The notes: a model not told the origin generated them from the letters alone. 34,879 bases of DNA from a bacterium (GCA_043809745.1 JBDROU010000016.1:1-34879); one strand, 5' to 3'. Shown: positions 18,637 to 28,680, counted from the first letter of the stretch. Program-made: numbers and translations.

Positions 18637-19842
18637 TTATCTGCTATTTTTTAACTTTTCATATATTTGCACAATAGTATTAGCATTTTCTTTCCAGGTA
18701 TTCCCGTTTAATATAAACTCGCGAGCTTTATTTTGAAGAACTTCAACCTTTGATTTGTCATTCCATAAACCTATTATCTTATCAGCCATATCCCTATAAT
18801 CATCCGGATTAAACACCTCCAAACATTGCGCTTTATTAATTAATTCCCTTAACGGATCTATATCGCTTACCACAACGGCTTTGCCGCAGGATAAATAATC
18901 ATATATCTTCAACGGTGATGCTTCATCCCTTGTAGAGAGCATTGGGGCCAAGCATATATCCATGGCATTTATATAGTACGGAACCTCCGAATAAGGGATT
19001 TGGCCGGTAAACGTAAAATAATTGCTTAGCCCTTTTGTTTTTACTTCCAGCTCCAACTTTTCTCTCATCACACCATCACCAACTATTAGAATATTAATAT
19101 TTTTAATATGGGGAATAATAAAATCAACAGCTTTTATAACCAGCCCGATTCCCTGATATTCAAACAATGTACCCGCAAAACCCGCTATAAACAAATCCTC
19201 GCTTATATTAATTCTTCGCCGGCATATTTTTTTATCTAATGGTTTAAAATGCTCCGGATTACTTGCGCTTTCTACAACAGATATTTTGCTCAAAGAAATA
19301 TTATGCAGTCTCTCTATAAGTGATTTTATACGAGTTGTTATGGCAACAATATGATCACAGTTTGAGAAATTTATATGATTTATAAACCATAAATAGCAAT
19401 ACCTTAACTTGGCATATATGCCATTTTTTATGTTTTGATATGGATTGCCATTTACTTCAAAAAAAAGTAATGCTTTTTTGAGCTTGGAAAAAAAAAGAGG
19501 AACTAAAGAGATAATAGGCCTGCAATAAATTAGATCCGGTTTTATTTTGGATGATACCTCAAATAACTTAAAGAATAACAACAAATTAAAAACTAAGGGC
19601 CTTAAGATTGGAAAATTAATGGTTTTCACATTTACTATATCCGATTTTATATCACCCGCCTTTTTTTCATAATTCGGAATAAATACATTAACTCTATTTC
19701 CTGCGCTGGTTAAGTTATCCGCTAATTCAAATACTTTTCTATGACCGCCCATATCCCCCTTAACAAAGGGATCATAAATATAAGATATAATAAATATATT
19801 ATAATTCAATGGATTGGAATATCTAAGCCTGTTTCTTGGCAA
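18637..19842 (-). CDS. GT4-family glycosyltransferase
   Basis: 401 aa. A GT-B N-domain begins near the start (NIFIISYIYDPFVKGDMGGHRKVFELA). The C-terminal region has a GT4-like acidic motif (RDEASPLKIYDYLSCGKAVVVSD). The 20-nt overlap with wzx could be reduced by an internal ATG at 19752. Confidence 0.7.
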   Translation of the reverse strand: MPRNRLRYSNPLNYNIFIISYIYDPFVKGDMGGHRKVFELADNLTSAGNRVNVFIPNYEKKAGDIKSDIVNVKTINFPILRPLVFNLLLFFKLFEVSSKIKPDLIYCRPIISLVPLFFSKLKKALLFFEVNGNPYQNIKNGIYAKLRYCYLWFINHINFSNCDHIVAITTRIKSLIERLHNISLSKISVVESASNPEHFKPLDKKICRRRINISEDLFIAGFAGTLFEYQGIGLVIKAVDFIIPHIKNINILIVGDGVMREKLELEVKTKGLSNYFTFTGQIPYSEVPYYINAMDICLAPMLSTRDEASPLKIYDYLSCGKAVVVSDIDPLRELINKAQCLEVFNPDDYRDMADKIIGLWNDKSKVEVLQNKAREFILNGNTWKENANTIVQIYEKLKNSR

Positions 19843-21322
19843 TTTTTGCCTTTAATATCTGTACAATATTTGCAAGGATACCGCTTCTTTTGTTTGTCAT
19901 ATACAAAAGCATAATAGAAGCTGCGAAAAACAAAATTACTTTAGCAGTTAAATTAACAAAATAAGACATACTCATTGCAACTTCTCCCGCAAAAATCAAA
20001 TCTAACAACAAAAGCACCGAAACACTGAATGCTATCGGGAACAGCATTTGAAAAAGAAACTTCATATGTTCTAGCCAGCCGCCGAAATACTTTACAAAAA
20101 CGAAAATACTTAAAATAATAAGATAAATCAAATATGTAATCCCTGTCGCTGCCGCTACCCCAACTATACCCCAACCAACTTTGATAACGCTGTAATCGGC
20201 AACTACCGCAACCGCAAGCGCGAATACTTGCAACAGTAAATTTGTTTTTTGCTGGCCGATTGTATTAAGAAAATTTCCAAGGCTGACTGTTAAGCTGATA
20301 AAAATAATACCTAATACCATTACCTGCGCTGTTAATATGCCTGGGACGTAAGCAGGCAAAACAAAAGTCACTCCGGCAGGTATTAAAAGATACAAGGAAC
20401 CGAGCATAATAGGAAAGAGATATGCCAAAATAATAGTAGGCTCTAAGACCATTCCTTTCAGGGCCATTACATCCTGCGTTTCCCCGTATCTTTCATTAAA
20501 ACGCGGATATAAAACTTCATGTATAACAAGAGGCCCCAGGTATACAAAACCCGTAGCCATCAAGCCTATGCCGAAGTAACCGAGTTCTGTATTTCCAAGA
20601 TATTTTGCTATCATAAATCTATCAACAGTGGTCATAAGCGTAAATATAAATCCGATTAACATAATAGGAAAACCTACTTTTAATATTTCCCATGTCTGTT
20701 TAAAATCAAATAAATAATGCAGTTGAAAATCTTTTTTTCTGTAAACAAAATAAATCAATATCGCAAATGCCAAAAGATTCGCAAAAACCCTGCCTGTTAT
20801 ATTTATATAGTAAACAAATATTACAGCCAAAAATATGTCAATAATATTGCGCCAAAGGCGCATCTTGCTTAATATCGTAAAATTACTGCTTGTTCTATAT
20901 AGAATTTCATAATATTGATAAATCTGCTGAAACAGAATAACAAAAGGCACCAGATACATCGCGGAAACATAATTTTTGGGAAAACCGGGAGAGACTATAT
21001 AAACAACCGCTGCGCTTACTGCAAACAGCAGAATACTGTTTAATCCCACCATAGTTAACCCGCCGTTTCTTAACCGGTTCACCTGCTGCAAATCATTCTT
21101 GCCGGAAAAGTACGGGATCTCCCTGTTTAATCCTTCAACCAGACCCCAGGAAGCAGAAAAACTATAAATTAATACTATTTGTAAAGCCCGCCAAAATCCG
21201 TAATGCTCCGGGCCTAAAAGTCTTGCGACCAGCATACTGCCGAAAAATATGAAAAACCTGGCGGTTATCATTCTTACAAAATATTGAGACGAATCGATAA
21301 TCACTCTTTCTCTAATAGACAT
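19823..21322 (-). CDS. wzx: MOP-superfamily polysaccharide flippase (Wzx-like)
   Basis: 499 aa. The protein is almost entirely hydrophobic, with about 12-14 predicted TM helices. The pattern is typical of O-unit flippases of the polysaccharide biosynthesis protein family. Confidence 0.8.
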   Translation of the reverse strand: MSIRERVIIDSSQYFVRMITARFFIFFGSMLVARLLGPEHYGFWRALQIVLIYSFSASWGLVEGLNREIPYFSGKNDLQQVNRLRNGGLTMVGLNSILLFAVSAAVVYIVSPGFPKNYVSAMYLVPFVILFQQIYQYYEILYRTSSNFTILSKMRLWRNIIDIFLAVIFVYYINITGRVFANLLAFAILIYFVYRKKDFQLHYLFDFKQTWEILKVGFPIMLIGFIFTLMTTVDRFMIAKYLGNTELGYFGIGLMATGFVYLGPLVIHEVLYPRFNERYGETQDVMALKGMVLEPTIILAYLFPIMLGSLYLLIPAGVTFVLPAYVPGILTAQVMVLGIIFISLTVSLGNFLNTIGQQKTNLLLQVFALAVAVVADYSVIKVGWGIVGVAAATGITYLIYLIILSIFVFVKYFGGWLEHMKFLFQMLFPIAFSVSVLLLLDLIFAGEVAMSMSYFVNLTAKVILFFAASIMLLYMTNKRSGILANIVQILKAKIAKKQA

Positions 21323-21357
21323 GTTTCCTTCTTCTTCTTGTTTATTTTAAATAAGGA

Positions 21358-23247
21358 TTATAAGATCTTTCCAATCGCCTCTACAACACGAGAGGCAGCC
21401 AGCCCATCCAGGCCAAAAACATTATTTAATAAATATTCTCTTCTCCCTGCTTTAAGTCTTTCCCTTACGGCTGCATCCATCAATACCGAATTTATAGCTT
21501 TCTTAAGATCTTCCACTAGATAAACACCGATCGCTGCACCGTTTTCAGTATAGTCAATAATATCAGACTTCGCATTTTTTAGGTCTATCTGAATAAGATC
21601 TTTGTCCATAACAATCGCTTCATAACCAACGGTAGAAAAGAAAGTAATTACAAGATCACTGATAAAAAGCAGCTCCCATATATTAATTTTTTTCACAAAC
21701 GTAATATCTGCATTGCCCGCTTCTTTCGCGATCCTTAAGTATTTTGATTCATTGTAATCGTTAGGATGTAATTTTATTATTATTTGACTATCCGGAATAT
21801 ATCTCGCGGCCATAAAAGCCACCCTGCACACATCATTTATATCCTTTTGCCTTAAATATACCGTAACCGGTTGAGTCGCTATAGTAATAACCTTCTTATT
21901 TTTATTAATCGATAATTTATTTAGTATTTCACTTCTGTCGTATAACTGATCTTTGCCTTGAATAAAATCAAACCTGGGCTGCCCGGTGACAAAAATCCTT
22001 TCTTCCCCGGCACCATGCCGCATCAAGATACTTTTAGATTTATTGCCGTCGCAAGCCACAAAATCCGCATAGATCGGCTCCAGATCTTTTAATCCAGATA
22101 TAAATGAATTTTGGATGTTCATTGTCTTAACGCCCAGTTTTCTTGCAGATTCAATCAACATCCTCTGAAAAGGAGAGCAATCATCCGTTATCAACAGACA
22201 ATGGATATTCTCTTGATTAAAAAACTCTGTAGACATTAAATTAATAAGAATCAGCTCATATACAGTATCCCTAATAGAATCAAGATATTTAATAAACTCG
22301 CCCCACACATTTACGCCCAGAATACTTATATCTTCCTGATTTGGCGCATCTCTTAATCTTTCCCATGTATCATCGAACTCTTTTTTAAGCTTCTTATACT
22401 TTTTAACTAGTCCGTAATTAGCAAATCCCGCTAAACTTAAATATTTAATCCCGCTAAGATTTAGTTTTCTGCAAGCCGCCGAAAACCTCCTTTCAATAAC
22501 AACCGGTGTGTATTCAGAATGTTGATCGATCTCGTTAATTACAGGTATAACTATATCCGCGAACCGTTCATCAAGCGTAAGAATCCCTATCTTCTTATCT
22601 CCTTTTTGTTCTCTTTTATAATTTTTGTTATGAGCTTTCGCTTTGAAGATATCGAACAGCAAATACATTTTGCTCAAGGCGCTATAAATAATCAACGGTA
22701 TATAAAGGACCACTGATTTATTAAATATCTTTACTTCCCTTTTCTTCAATCGGGCATTGAAATACCTATCCCACAAATTACTTTTCTCTAATTTAGCATT
22801 ACTCTGTTTTGACATTTCTTCTGTTACATATTCATATGGATCATATTTCCACATCAAAATTCTTGTAGGCTTAAATTTATCTAAAATATACCTTTTATGC
22901 CTGATGTATTCTATTGCTGGTATTAGAAACTCAAGGAATATTTTTGATTCAAATATATTCCAAAAGAAACATCCATCACAATAAGATATTTCTTTAACAA
23001 AAGGATTGTTCTCCAGCTTATCCATAATCTCATGCGCGTCACGTATCCCATGGCTCCATTTGTAGTTAGGCGAAATTAAATCCTGCTCGTTATGATAATA
23101 CAAAGCAGGCCTTTTCATCTGCAATATTTTTCCATGTAAACCGATAATATCTATGGATGAGGGTATCTCTTCTAATTTTATAATTAGTTTATCAATTCTT
23201 TTTTTGCTTAACTTATCCGCAATTATTACCAATTTTTCTTTTGCCAT
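21358..23247 (-). CDS. TagB/TagF-like (CDP-glycerol glycerophosphotransferase-family) GT-B protein; candidate polyol-phosphate or nonulosonic-acid transferase
   Basis: 629 aa, soluble. The C-terminal half carries a family-like KLHP(N) His motif and an SDLVITFFSTVGYEAIVMDKDLIQID block, which resemble the TagF catalytic domain. No D/E-D/E-G sialylmotif was found. Confidence 0.45.
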   Translation of the reverse strand: MAKEKLVIIADKLSKKRIDKLIIKLEEIPSSIDIIGLHGKILQMKRPALYYHNEQDLISPNYKWSHGIRDAHEIMDKLENNPFVKEISYCDGCFFWNIFESKIFLEFLIPAIEYIRHKRYILDKFKPTRILMWKYDPYEYVTEEMSKQSNAKLEKSNLWDRYFNARLKKREVKIFNKSVVLYIPLIIYSALSKMYLLFDIFKAKAHNKNYKREQKGDKKIGILTLDERFADIVIPVINEIDQHSEYTPVVIERRFSAACRKLNLSGIKYLSLAGFANYGLVKKYKKLKKEFDDTWERLRDAPNQEDISILGVNVWGEFIKYLDSIRDTVYELILINLMSTEFFNQENIHCLLITDDCSPFQRMLIESARKLGVKTMNIQNSFISGLKDLEPIYADFVACDGNKSKSILMRHGAGEERIFVTGQPRFDFIQGKDQLYDRSEILNKLSINKNKKVITIATQPVTVYLRQKDINDVCRVAFMAARYIPDSQIIIKLHPNDYNESKYLRIAKEAGNADITFVKKINIWELLFISDLVITFFSTVGYEAIVMDKDLIQIDLKNAKSDIIDYTENGAAIGVYLVEDLKKAINSVLMDAAVRERLKAGRREYLLNNVFGLDGLAASRVVEAIGKIL

Positions 23248-23264
23248 AATGTTAACTAGTAAAT

Positions 23265-24710
23265 TTAAGCCATTTTTTGAATAACCGGCTTAACGACCCC
23301 TTGATCCCTCACAGGATCTATTTCAATGTCATATAATTTTGGAAGGCTGAATACGACTGCTGTCAAAAACCAAAAAGGTTCCATTATCCTTACAATAATA
23401 AACGTATTAGCTCCAAGGGCTTGAAACATGATGCCGATTAAAATAAAAATAAGACCGAGAGAAAGACTTTTTGATAATGGATGGTCAATTTGCTTATAAA
23501 TCTTCCATGACTGCTTGAATATGGTAATAACAATAGCAAAAAATATCGCCAGGCCTATTATCCCCATCTCACCCAATATCCTTGGATACTGAGCATCAAC
23601 CAGGCCGACACCTGTTGCGCCATACCCCAAGAACGGCCTCTTAGGGAAGAAGTCTTTAATTATCCATTCATAATTACCCAATCTCATAGCAGTGGAAGGT
23701 TCAAGCAGTATTTCCTTGCCAAATACATTAATCTTTCTTGTTCCATAAACGTAATCAGCGCCTTTAACAGTATAGGCTATTCTTTCTGTAACCGCTTGTT
23801 TTGTTGTTATTGAAAACACCGAATAAAAAAGCGCGCCCGCCAAACATGCCCCTATTAGCAGCACTCTTTTACTTCTTGCCAGGAACATAAAAGAAAGAAT
23901 TAAAATCCCAAGTCCTATATAAGAAGCCCTGGAAAGCGTTAAGAAAAACGGATTAATTATAAAAATAATCAAGCCCCAAAAAAATAGAGTTATTTTCCCG
24001 GAATATTCGGAAAGAAAACCAAAAATTAGCCCAAAAACGAGCAAATAATAACCTCCAAGCGTTCCCGGTTCAGCATAAGTCATACCTTCCTCTTTGCCTA
24101 TAGGAGCTTCAAAAGGAGCTGTCAGGCGGTCAACACTTCCTATCTGTGAGTACGCGTATAATGTCACAATCACGCAAGTAAATACTCCGGCGTAAAGATA
24201 GAGTTTAAGCAATCTTTTATCGTTAACATTATTAAGGACCAGAAAAAAGAGCATGTAATATTCAAAATATTTGAGCACAAAAAAGAAACTGCTTGCGGCA
24301 TTTATGTCGCCGCGGTAAATTCCAAGTGTGGTTGAAATGGCCGCTACAACTGAATATGCAATAAGCAGTTTGTTAAGCGGTGTTTTAATAGTAAGCCCAA
24401 TTTCTTTATTTATTGCTATTTTCACTAACCAGGAAATAAATACAAGTATTATCAGAAAATCATCTATTCGTATTACCAGCTCCTTTCTTGACAGCTGCGC
24501 AATAGGTATCTCAGGAGAAAGCATCATAGATAAAACCAGTATTACAATAGCTATATGAGGCCGCACAAATGTAGTAAATGTTAGGAAGAGCAATCCCGCT
24601 AAAGCCAGCGGAATAAACATTGAGGATGTTGCAGTAATAAACTTGCCTACCCATATTGAAATGAGCGCAAAAACAATCAAAAGCGCTGCGGCCTGCCAAT
24701 TACGGCTCAA
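23265..24710 (-). CDS. wzy: O-antigen polymerase/ligase-family membrane protein (Wzy-like)
   Basis: 481 aa with about 11-12 TM helices. A larger periplasmic loop lies in the C-terminal third, as in the Wzy_C/O-antigen ligase family. It lies between wzc and wzx. Confidence 0.75.
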   Translation of the reverse strand: MSRNWQAAALLIVFALISIWVGKFITATSSMFIPLALAGLLFLTFTTFVRPHIAIVILVLSMMLSPEIPIAQLSRKELVIRIDDFLIILVFISWLVKIAINKEIGLTIKTPLNKLLIAYSVVAAISTTLGIYRGDINAASSFFFVLKYFEYYMLFFLVLNNVNDKRLLKLYLYAGVFTCVIVTLYAYSQIGSVDRLTAPFEAPIGKEEGMTYAEPGTLGGYYLLVFGLIFGFLSEYSGKITLFFWGLIIFIINPFFLTLSRASYIGLGILILSFMFLARSKRVLLIGACLAGALFYSVFSITTKQAVTERIAYTVKGADYVYGTRKINVFGKEILLEPSTAMRLGNYEWIIKDFFPKRPFLGYGATGVGLVDAQYPRILGEMGIIGLAIFFAIVITIFKQSWKIYKQIDHPLSKSLSLGLIFILIGIMFQALGANTFIIVRIMEPFWFLTAVVFSLPKLYDIEIDPVRDQGVVKPVIQKMA

Positions 24711-26611
24711 GTTTTATTTTCCTCCTTCTTTTGGCCGGCCTCATTATAATATTTATAGGTAGAGTAATAATATCCATAGCGAGATTCCATCTCCGACGCC
24801 CTTATATCGTTTAGCACCACACCTAAGATGTGCGCTTTTGTGTTCTCTAATTGTATTTTAGTTCTCTTTAACGCCCCTCTTGCCATCTTCCCAACCTGGT
24901 ATACAATTATTACTGAATCTACTTTGTTTGCAATAATCATTGAATCTGCAAAAAGCAAAACCGGCGGACAGTCAAGCACAACCAAATCGAATTCTTTTTT
25001 AAACTGCGCTAATAATCTTCCTATTTCTTCAGAATTAAGCAGATCCACAGGATTGGGAGGGATGGAACCACAAGTTAGTATTTTAAGGTTTTCTAAGCCC
25101 GGAGACTTCAAAACACTCTCAACACCCATCTTCCCCATCATAAAATCCGAAGTACCTTTAATCACATCCTGCCATTTAACATTGCCTTGTAAGATATTGG
25201 TCAATCCCATTTCCTTAGGTAAACCGAAGATTTTGCTTACAGTAGGCCGTCTTAAATCTAATTCAATTAAAAGCGTTTTTATGCCCACCATAGAAGCGGA
25301 TATAGAATAATTCATAGATGTAACACTCTTCCCCTCATTCACTCCAGAACTTGTAAATAATACCGAAGTGCCCCTCTTTTCCGCAGTCCCAAGCTTTACA
25401 TTTGTTCTTAATGTATGATACGCTTCAACAAAAGGAGAACGCAGAGAATGGAAAAATATAAGCGAGTTATACATCTTATCGTACTTTTGTACTTTACTCG
25501 CACCGCCTTTAGATAGTAATGACCTTTCCTTTTTGTCGAACTCAATGTGAGGAATAACCCCTAATACGGGAATTTGAAGGAATGCTTCCACATCTTCTAT
25601 TGTACCTATAGAGGTATCAAGATTTTCTGTTATCAATGCAAATATCAATCCTAGCAGAATGCCCATTAAAATACCTATCATCATATTAAGTTCTTTATTC
25701 GGCCTTACAGGATAAGTGGGAATAGCGGCAGGGGATATTAAGACAATGTTTTGGGATTCATTTGCTTCGGCTAACTCAGCATCTTTATATTTGCGTTTAA
25801 GAAGCATAAATGCCTCTTCATTAATTTTTACATCTCTTACAAAACGAGCTAACTCCAATTCGCTTGCCGGCAGCTCTTTTAATCTTTTCTCTATTTTTGC
25901 TATTTGACTGCTTATTTTTCTCACTTCAGGATGAGCAACAGTATATTTTTTAAGTAAATCGTCCTTTTGCTCCTGAAGTCTTAAGAACCTGCTTGTCAAT
26001 TGATCACCTAACCCTGTAACCTCGTTATTCTCAACAAACTCTCTTCTGGTTTCTTCAGTTATTTTAAGCTTTTCTTCCGCTTGCCTTAGTTGTTCGCCAA
26101 TAAATTCTTTTATTTCGCGGCTGTTTTTAGAGCGCGCTTCTAAATTCTTGGACATAAAAGCCTTAACTGCTTCGTTAGATAAAACAGCCGCTTCTTCAGG
26201 ATTTGTAGAAATACCAACAATCTGTATAAGGTTAGTATCCCTTACCCTTTTGGCTTCGATCTTTGAACCTACACGGCCTATAATGCTGTCTATCTGAACT
26301 CTATCTGTTAAACCTTCCAGAAGACCTAAATTTTTTGCCAATTCCTCATAAACGATCGGGCTGTTGATAATTCTAACATACGTAACCGTTTCAGTCCATG
26401 AATCATAACTGGCAAATTCTATTCCTAAATCCCTGCCTAATTTGGTACCCCTCTCTATCTGTATAGTAGCTGATGTTTCAAACACCGGATCCTGCAAACT
26501 CGTATATATAAATGTAGAAAGCAGTACAAATACAAAGGTAAGAGTAACGGTAAGATACCGTCTTTTTATTATTCTCCAGTAATCATGCAGATTTAATTCA
26601 TATTGGGCCAT
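24707..26611 (-). CDS. wzc: polysaccharide co-polymerase / bacterial tyrosine autokinase (Wzc-like, PCP-2a)
   Basis: 634 aa. It has an N-terminal Wzz-like domain with two TM helices and a coiled-coil periplasmic region. The C-terminal P-loop ATPase has Walker A SSGVNEGKS, and the tail is tyrosine-rich (ESRYGYYYSTYKYY). Confidence 0.85.
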   Translation of the reverse strand: MAQYELNLHDYWRIIKRRYLTVTLTFVFVLLSTFIYTSLQDPVFETSATIQIERGTKLGRDLGIEFASYDSWTETVTYVRIINSPIVYEELAKNLGLLEGLTDRVQIDSIIGRVGSKIEAKRVRDTNLIQIVGISTNPEEAAVLSNEAVKAFMSKNLEARSKNSREIKEFIGEQLRQAEEKLKITEETRREFVENNEVTGLGDQLTSRFLRLQEQKDDLLKKYTVAHPEVRKISSQIAKIEKRLKELPASELELARFVRDVKINEEAFMLLKRKYKDAELAEANESQNIVLISPAAIPTYPVRPNKELNMMIGILMGILLGLIFALITENLDTSIGTIEDVEAFLQIPVLGVIPHIEFDKKERSLLSKGGASKVQKYDKMYNSLIFFHSLRSPFVEAYHTLRTNVKLGTAEKRGTSVLFTSSGVNEGKSVTSMNYSISASMVGIKTLLIELDLRRPTVSKIFGLPKEMGLTNILQGNVKWQDVIKGTSDFMMGKMGVESVLKSPGLENLKILTCGSIPPNPVDLLNSEEIGRLLAQFKKEFDLVVLDCPPVLLFADSMIIANKVDSVIIVYQVGKMARGALKRTKIQLENTKAHILGVVLNDIRASEMESRYGYYYSTYKYYNEAGQKKEENKT

Positions 26612-26645
26612 TGGAATAATCGAACCTTTTTATACGCGCTCTCAC

Positions 26646-27818
26646 CTAATTAGAGGCAACAATAATTAATAATATAAAATTAACGAACGTAAGCCAGGGT
26701 ACAAGCTGCTGCATAAACCACGTTGACTTAGCAAAACCCTTTTTTGGCACATAAACTGTGTCACCCGGTTCAAGTTCAATATCAAGATCAAATTGATTCT
26801 TGTCTAAAACTTTGTTCATATTTACTTCATAAACCTCCATATTGGGAGCTTTTCCTCTGTATACCTTGACCCTTTGTGTTACAGCTTCATCGGTGAATCC
26901 GCTTGCCAAGGTAATTACTTCCAATATCTTTAATCCCTTCTTATGCTTATATGAACCGGGATTTTCAACCTCCCCTATAACATATACATCTTTTTCAATT
27001 TTACCGACCTCTACCACGTCACCGGGAAAAAGTGTAAAATCTTTTGTAAAATCTCCGCTCTTAAATACATCTTCAAGATTTAACTCGAATACCTTCCTGT
27101 CTTGGCCCTCTCCCCTATATACCCTTATATCTCTAAGGTTAGCTTTATCTGTAAACCCTCCTGCTTGAGATATCGATTCAAGCAATCGAATCTCATCTTT
27201 ATAATCGTGGTCGCCCGGCCTTGTTACTTCACCGGTTAAAAATACTTTCTTTTTGCTGTACCTTTTTACAGCTATGGATACCTCCGGCTTAGAGACATAA
27301 ATTTTAAGTTTGTTCACAAGTTCTTTTCCCAATTTCTCTTTAGTTTCCCCGCTTGCTAAAACCTCGCCGATCATTGGCATTGTAATTCTGCCGTCCGGCT
27401 GAACTATTACCTCCCGGCTCAATTCCTCTGCGGGATATACTATAATACTCAACAAATCTCCCACTTCTATCTTATAATCCTTTAGATCAGTTAACTTCAC
27501 AAACTCAACTTTCGGCTTTGCCTCCGGTTTTTCAACCTTAACTGCTGGGGATTTTAATGGTTTTTGTCTAAGAGCTTGTAATTTATTATACTCTTTCTCT
27601 ACTATTGACAGATCCACACCGTATGGATCGTATTTAGATTTAATTCTATCAAGAATAACCATAAGATCGTTTGGTTCTGCGCCCTTCGCCTTTGCCTTTT
27701 CATAATACTTCATTGAGTTCTCAAACTGCTCGTAAATATCGGTCTGCGCTAAACCATTACAGGATATTCCCGTAATAAAGCTAAAAATTAAAAAACTGAA
27801 TAATAATATTTTTTTCAT
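26646..27818 (-). CDS. wza: outer-membrane polysaccharide export protein (Wza-like; Poly_export + SLBB domains)
   Basis: The most likely start is ATG 27818 (MKKILLFSFLIFSFITGISC signal peptide). The track's longer form begins at TTG 27839. A Poly_export-like motif IEVGDLLSIIVYP is followed by repeated SLBB-like units and a C-terminal amphipathic/hydrophobic helix. The ATGA overlap with the upstream gene gives start 27818 against stop 27815. Confidence 0.8.
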   Translation of the reverse strand: MKKILLFSFLIFSFITGISCNGLAQTDIYEQFENSMKYYEKAKAKGAEPNDLMVILDRIKSKYDPYGVDLSIVEKEYNKLQALRQKPLKSPAVKVEKPEAKPKVEFVKLTDLKDYKIEVGDLLSIIVYPAEELSREVIVQPDGRITMPMIGEVLASGETKEKLGKELVNKLKIYVSKPEVSIAVKRYSKKKVFLTGEVTRPGDHDYKDEIRLLESISQAGGFTDKANLRDIRVYRGEGQDRKVFELNLEDVFKSGDFTKDFTLFPGDVVEVGKIEKDVYVIGEVENPGSYKHKKGLKILEVITLASGFTDEAVTQRVKVYRGKAPNMEVYEVNMNKVLDKNQFDLDIELEPGDTVYVPKKGFAKSTWFMQQLVPWLTFVNFILLIIVASN

Positions 27819-28222
27819 TTTACATGTATAACCGAACAAACCTTACCATCAGGATTTGTCCCTTTCTGTAAATTTGTTGGATCTAAAATCTCCATATCAT
27901 CAACTATAAAATTGTACCCGAAGCTCTCCATAGGAAGTTCTTGTATTATATACCAATTATTCGCGTTTTGCTTCTTCATGGGCTTTTTGTACCACTGCGT
28001 GAAATCACCAATTATTTCAACCTTGTTTGCGGGTGCTTCATATCGAAATATTATTTTTTTCTTCTGCATTTCTTGATTTACTGCTTCTTCCACTCCTTCC
28101 GTTTTTACAGTTTTACTAAGAAAAACTTGACCAGCATTAAACTTAACTAATAACGCCCCGACCGTAGCAACCATCATTATTAACAATACAATTACCAAGA
28201 TTGAGAAAAAAAAGTTCTTCAT
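27815..28222 (-). CDS. small membrane-anchored protein with CBM48 / AMPK-beta glycogen-binding-like domain
   Basis: 135 aa. An N-in TM helix (FFFSILVIVLLIMMVATVGALLV) is followed by IIFRYEAPANKVEIIGDFTQW...WYIIQELPMESFGYNFIVDDMEILDPTN...SVIHVK. This matches the AMPK1_CBM/CBM48 pattern (FRW..GG.EV.L.GSFN.W....L......F.....LP.G.H.YKF.VDG.W..DP). The gene is ATGA-coupled to wza. Confidence 0.65.
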   Translation of the reverse strand: MKNFFFSILVIVLLIMMVATVGALLVKFNAGQVFLSKTVKTEGVEEAVNQEMQKKKIIFRYEAPANKVEIIGDFTQWYKKPMKKQNANNWYIIQELPMESFGYNFIVDDMEILDPTNLQKGTNPDGKVCSVIHVK

Positions 28223-28630
28223 TTATTGATACTCTTTTATTTTCTCTACTACTGAATACACCAACTTCTGCAGCTCATTAACTTTGTTTTCAAGTAAAAC
28301 AGGTGTTGCCGTACCCTTTGTGCAAACCATTGACTCTAACTGCAAAAGCTTTTTTTCATGCATATCGCACCTTGACGCAAGGTCATTAAGCCTGTTTTCT
28401 ACAATCTTAAAAAGCGTATTAAATTCTTCATTGGCCATTCTTTTCATATTCCCTCCGGGTTTAACTGCTTTTTTAGATGGTTTATCTTCTATTATGAATT
28501 GTATAAATAGAAATGCTAAACCAAGTTCCATCAACAGTAAGATCAGTAAAATAAATATCGGGAATTGGCTTAGGAAAAGTATCAGTTCTTTCATAAATTC
28601 TTCAATACGTAATTTAATACTATACTGCAC
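28223..28630 (-). CDS. hypothetical small membrane protein (one TM helix + C-terminal coiled coil)
   Basis: 135 aa. It has a hydrophobic segment (ILFLSQFPIFILLILLLMELGLAFLFIQFII) and a heptad-like C-terminus. Its stop abuts the start of the CBM48 gene with no gap. No family was recognised. Confidence 0.45.
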   Translation of the reverse strand: MQYSIKLRIEEFMKELILFLSQFPIFILLILLLMELGLAFLFIQFIIEDKPSKKAVKPGGNMKRMANEEFNTLFKIVENRLNDLASRCDMHEKKLLQLESMVCTKGTATPVLLENKVNELQKLVYSVVEKIKEYQ

Positions 28631-28655
28631 TAGCTGTATTTAATACTACAAGAAT

Positions 28656-28680
28656 TTCCGTATTATGTCAATTTACGGAA
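28656..28680. other. 7-bp inverted repeat (TTCCGTA-n11-TACGGAA) spanning the stop codon of the HD-GYP gene
   Basis: The repeat was read directly from the sequence. It lies in the 42-bp gap between the HD-GYP gene and the small membrane-protein gene. No U-tract follows on the minus strand, so it is not a canonical intrinsic terminator. Confidence 0.25.

Noticed and set aside
21358-23247. Calling the 629-aa GT-B protein a GT52/Lst-type sialyltransferase
   Set aside because: No D/E-D/E-G sialylmotif could be found by eye. Only an HP-type motif, shared with TagF, KpsC and others, is present. It is kept as TagF-like with an open function.
28656-28680. The inverted repeat TTCCGTA-n11-TACGGAA as an intrinsic terminator between the HD-GYP gene and downstream genes
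   Set aside because: The 7-bp stem is relatively AT-rich and no U-tract follows on the transcribed strand. It is more likely incidental or a weak attenuator. It is kept only as a low-confidence note.
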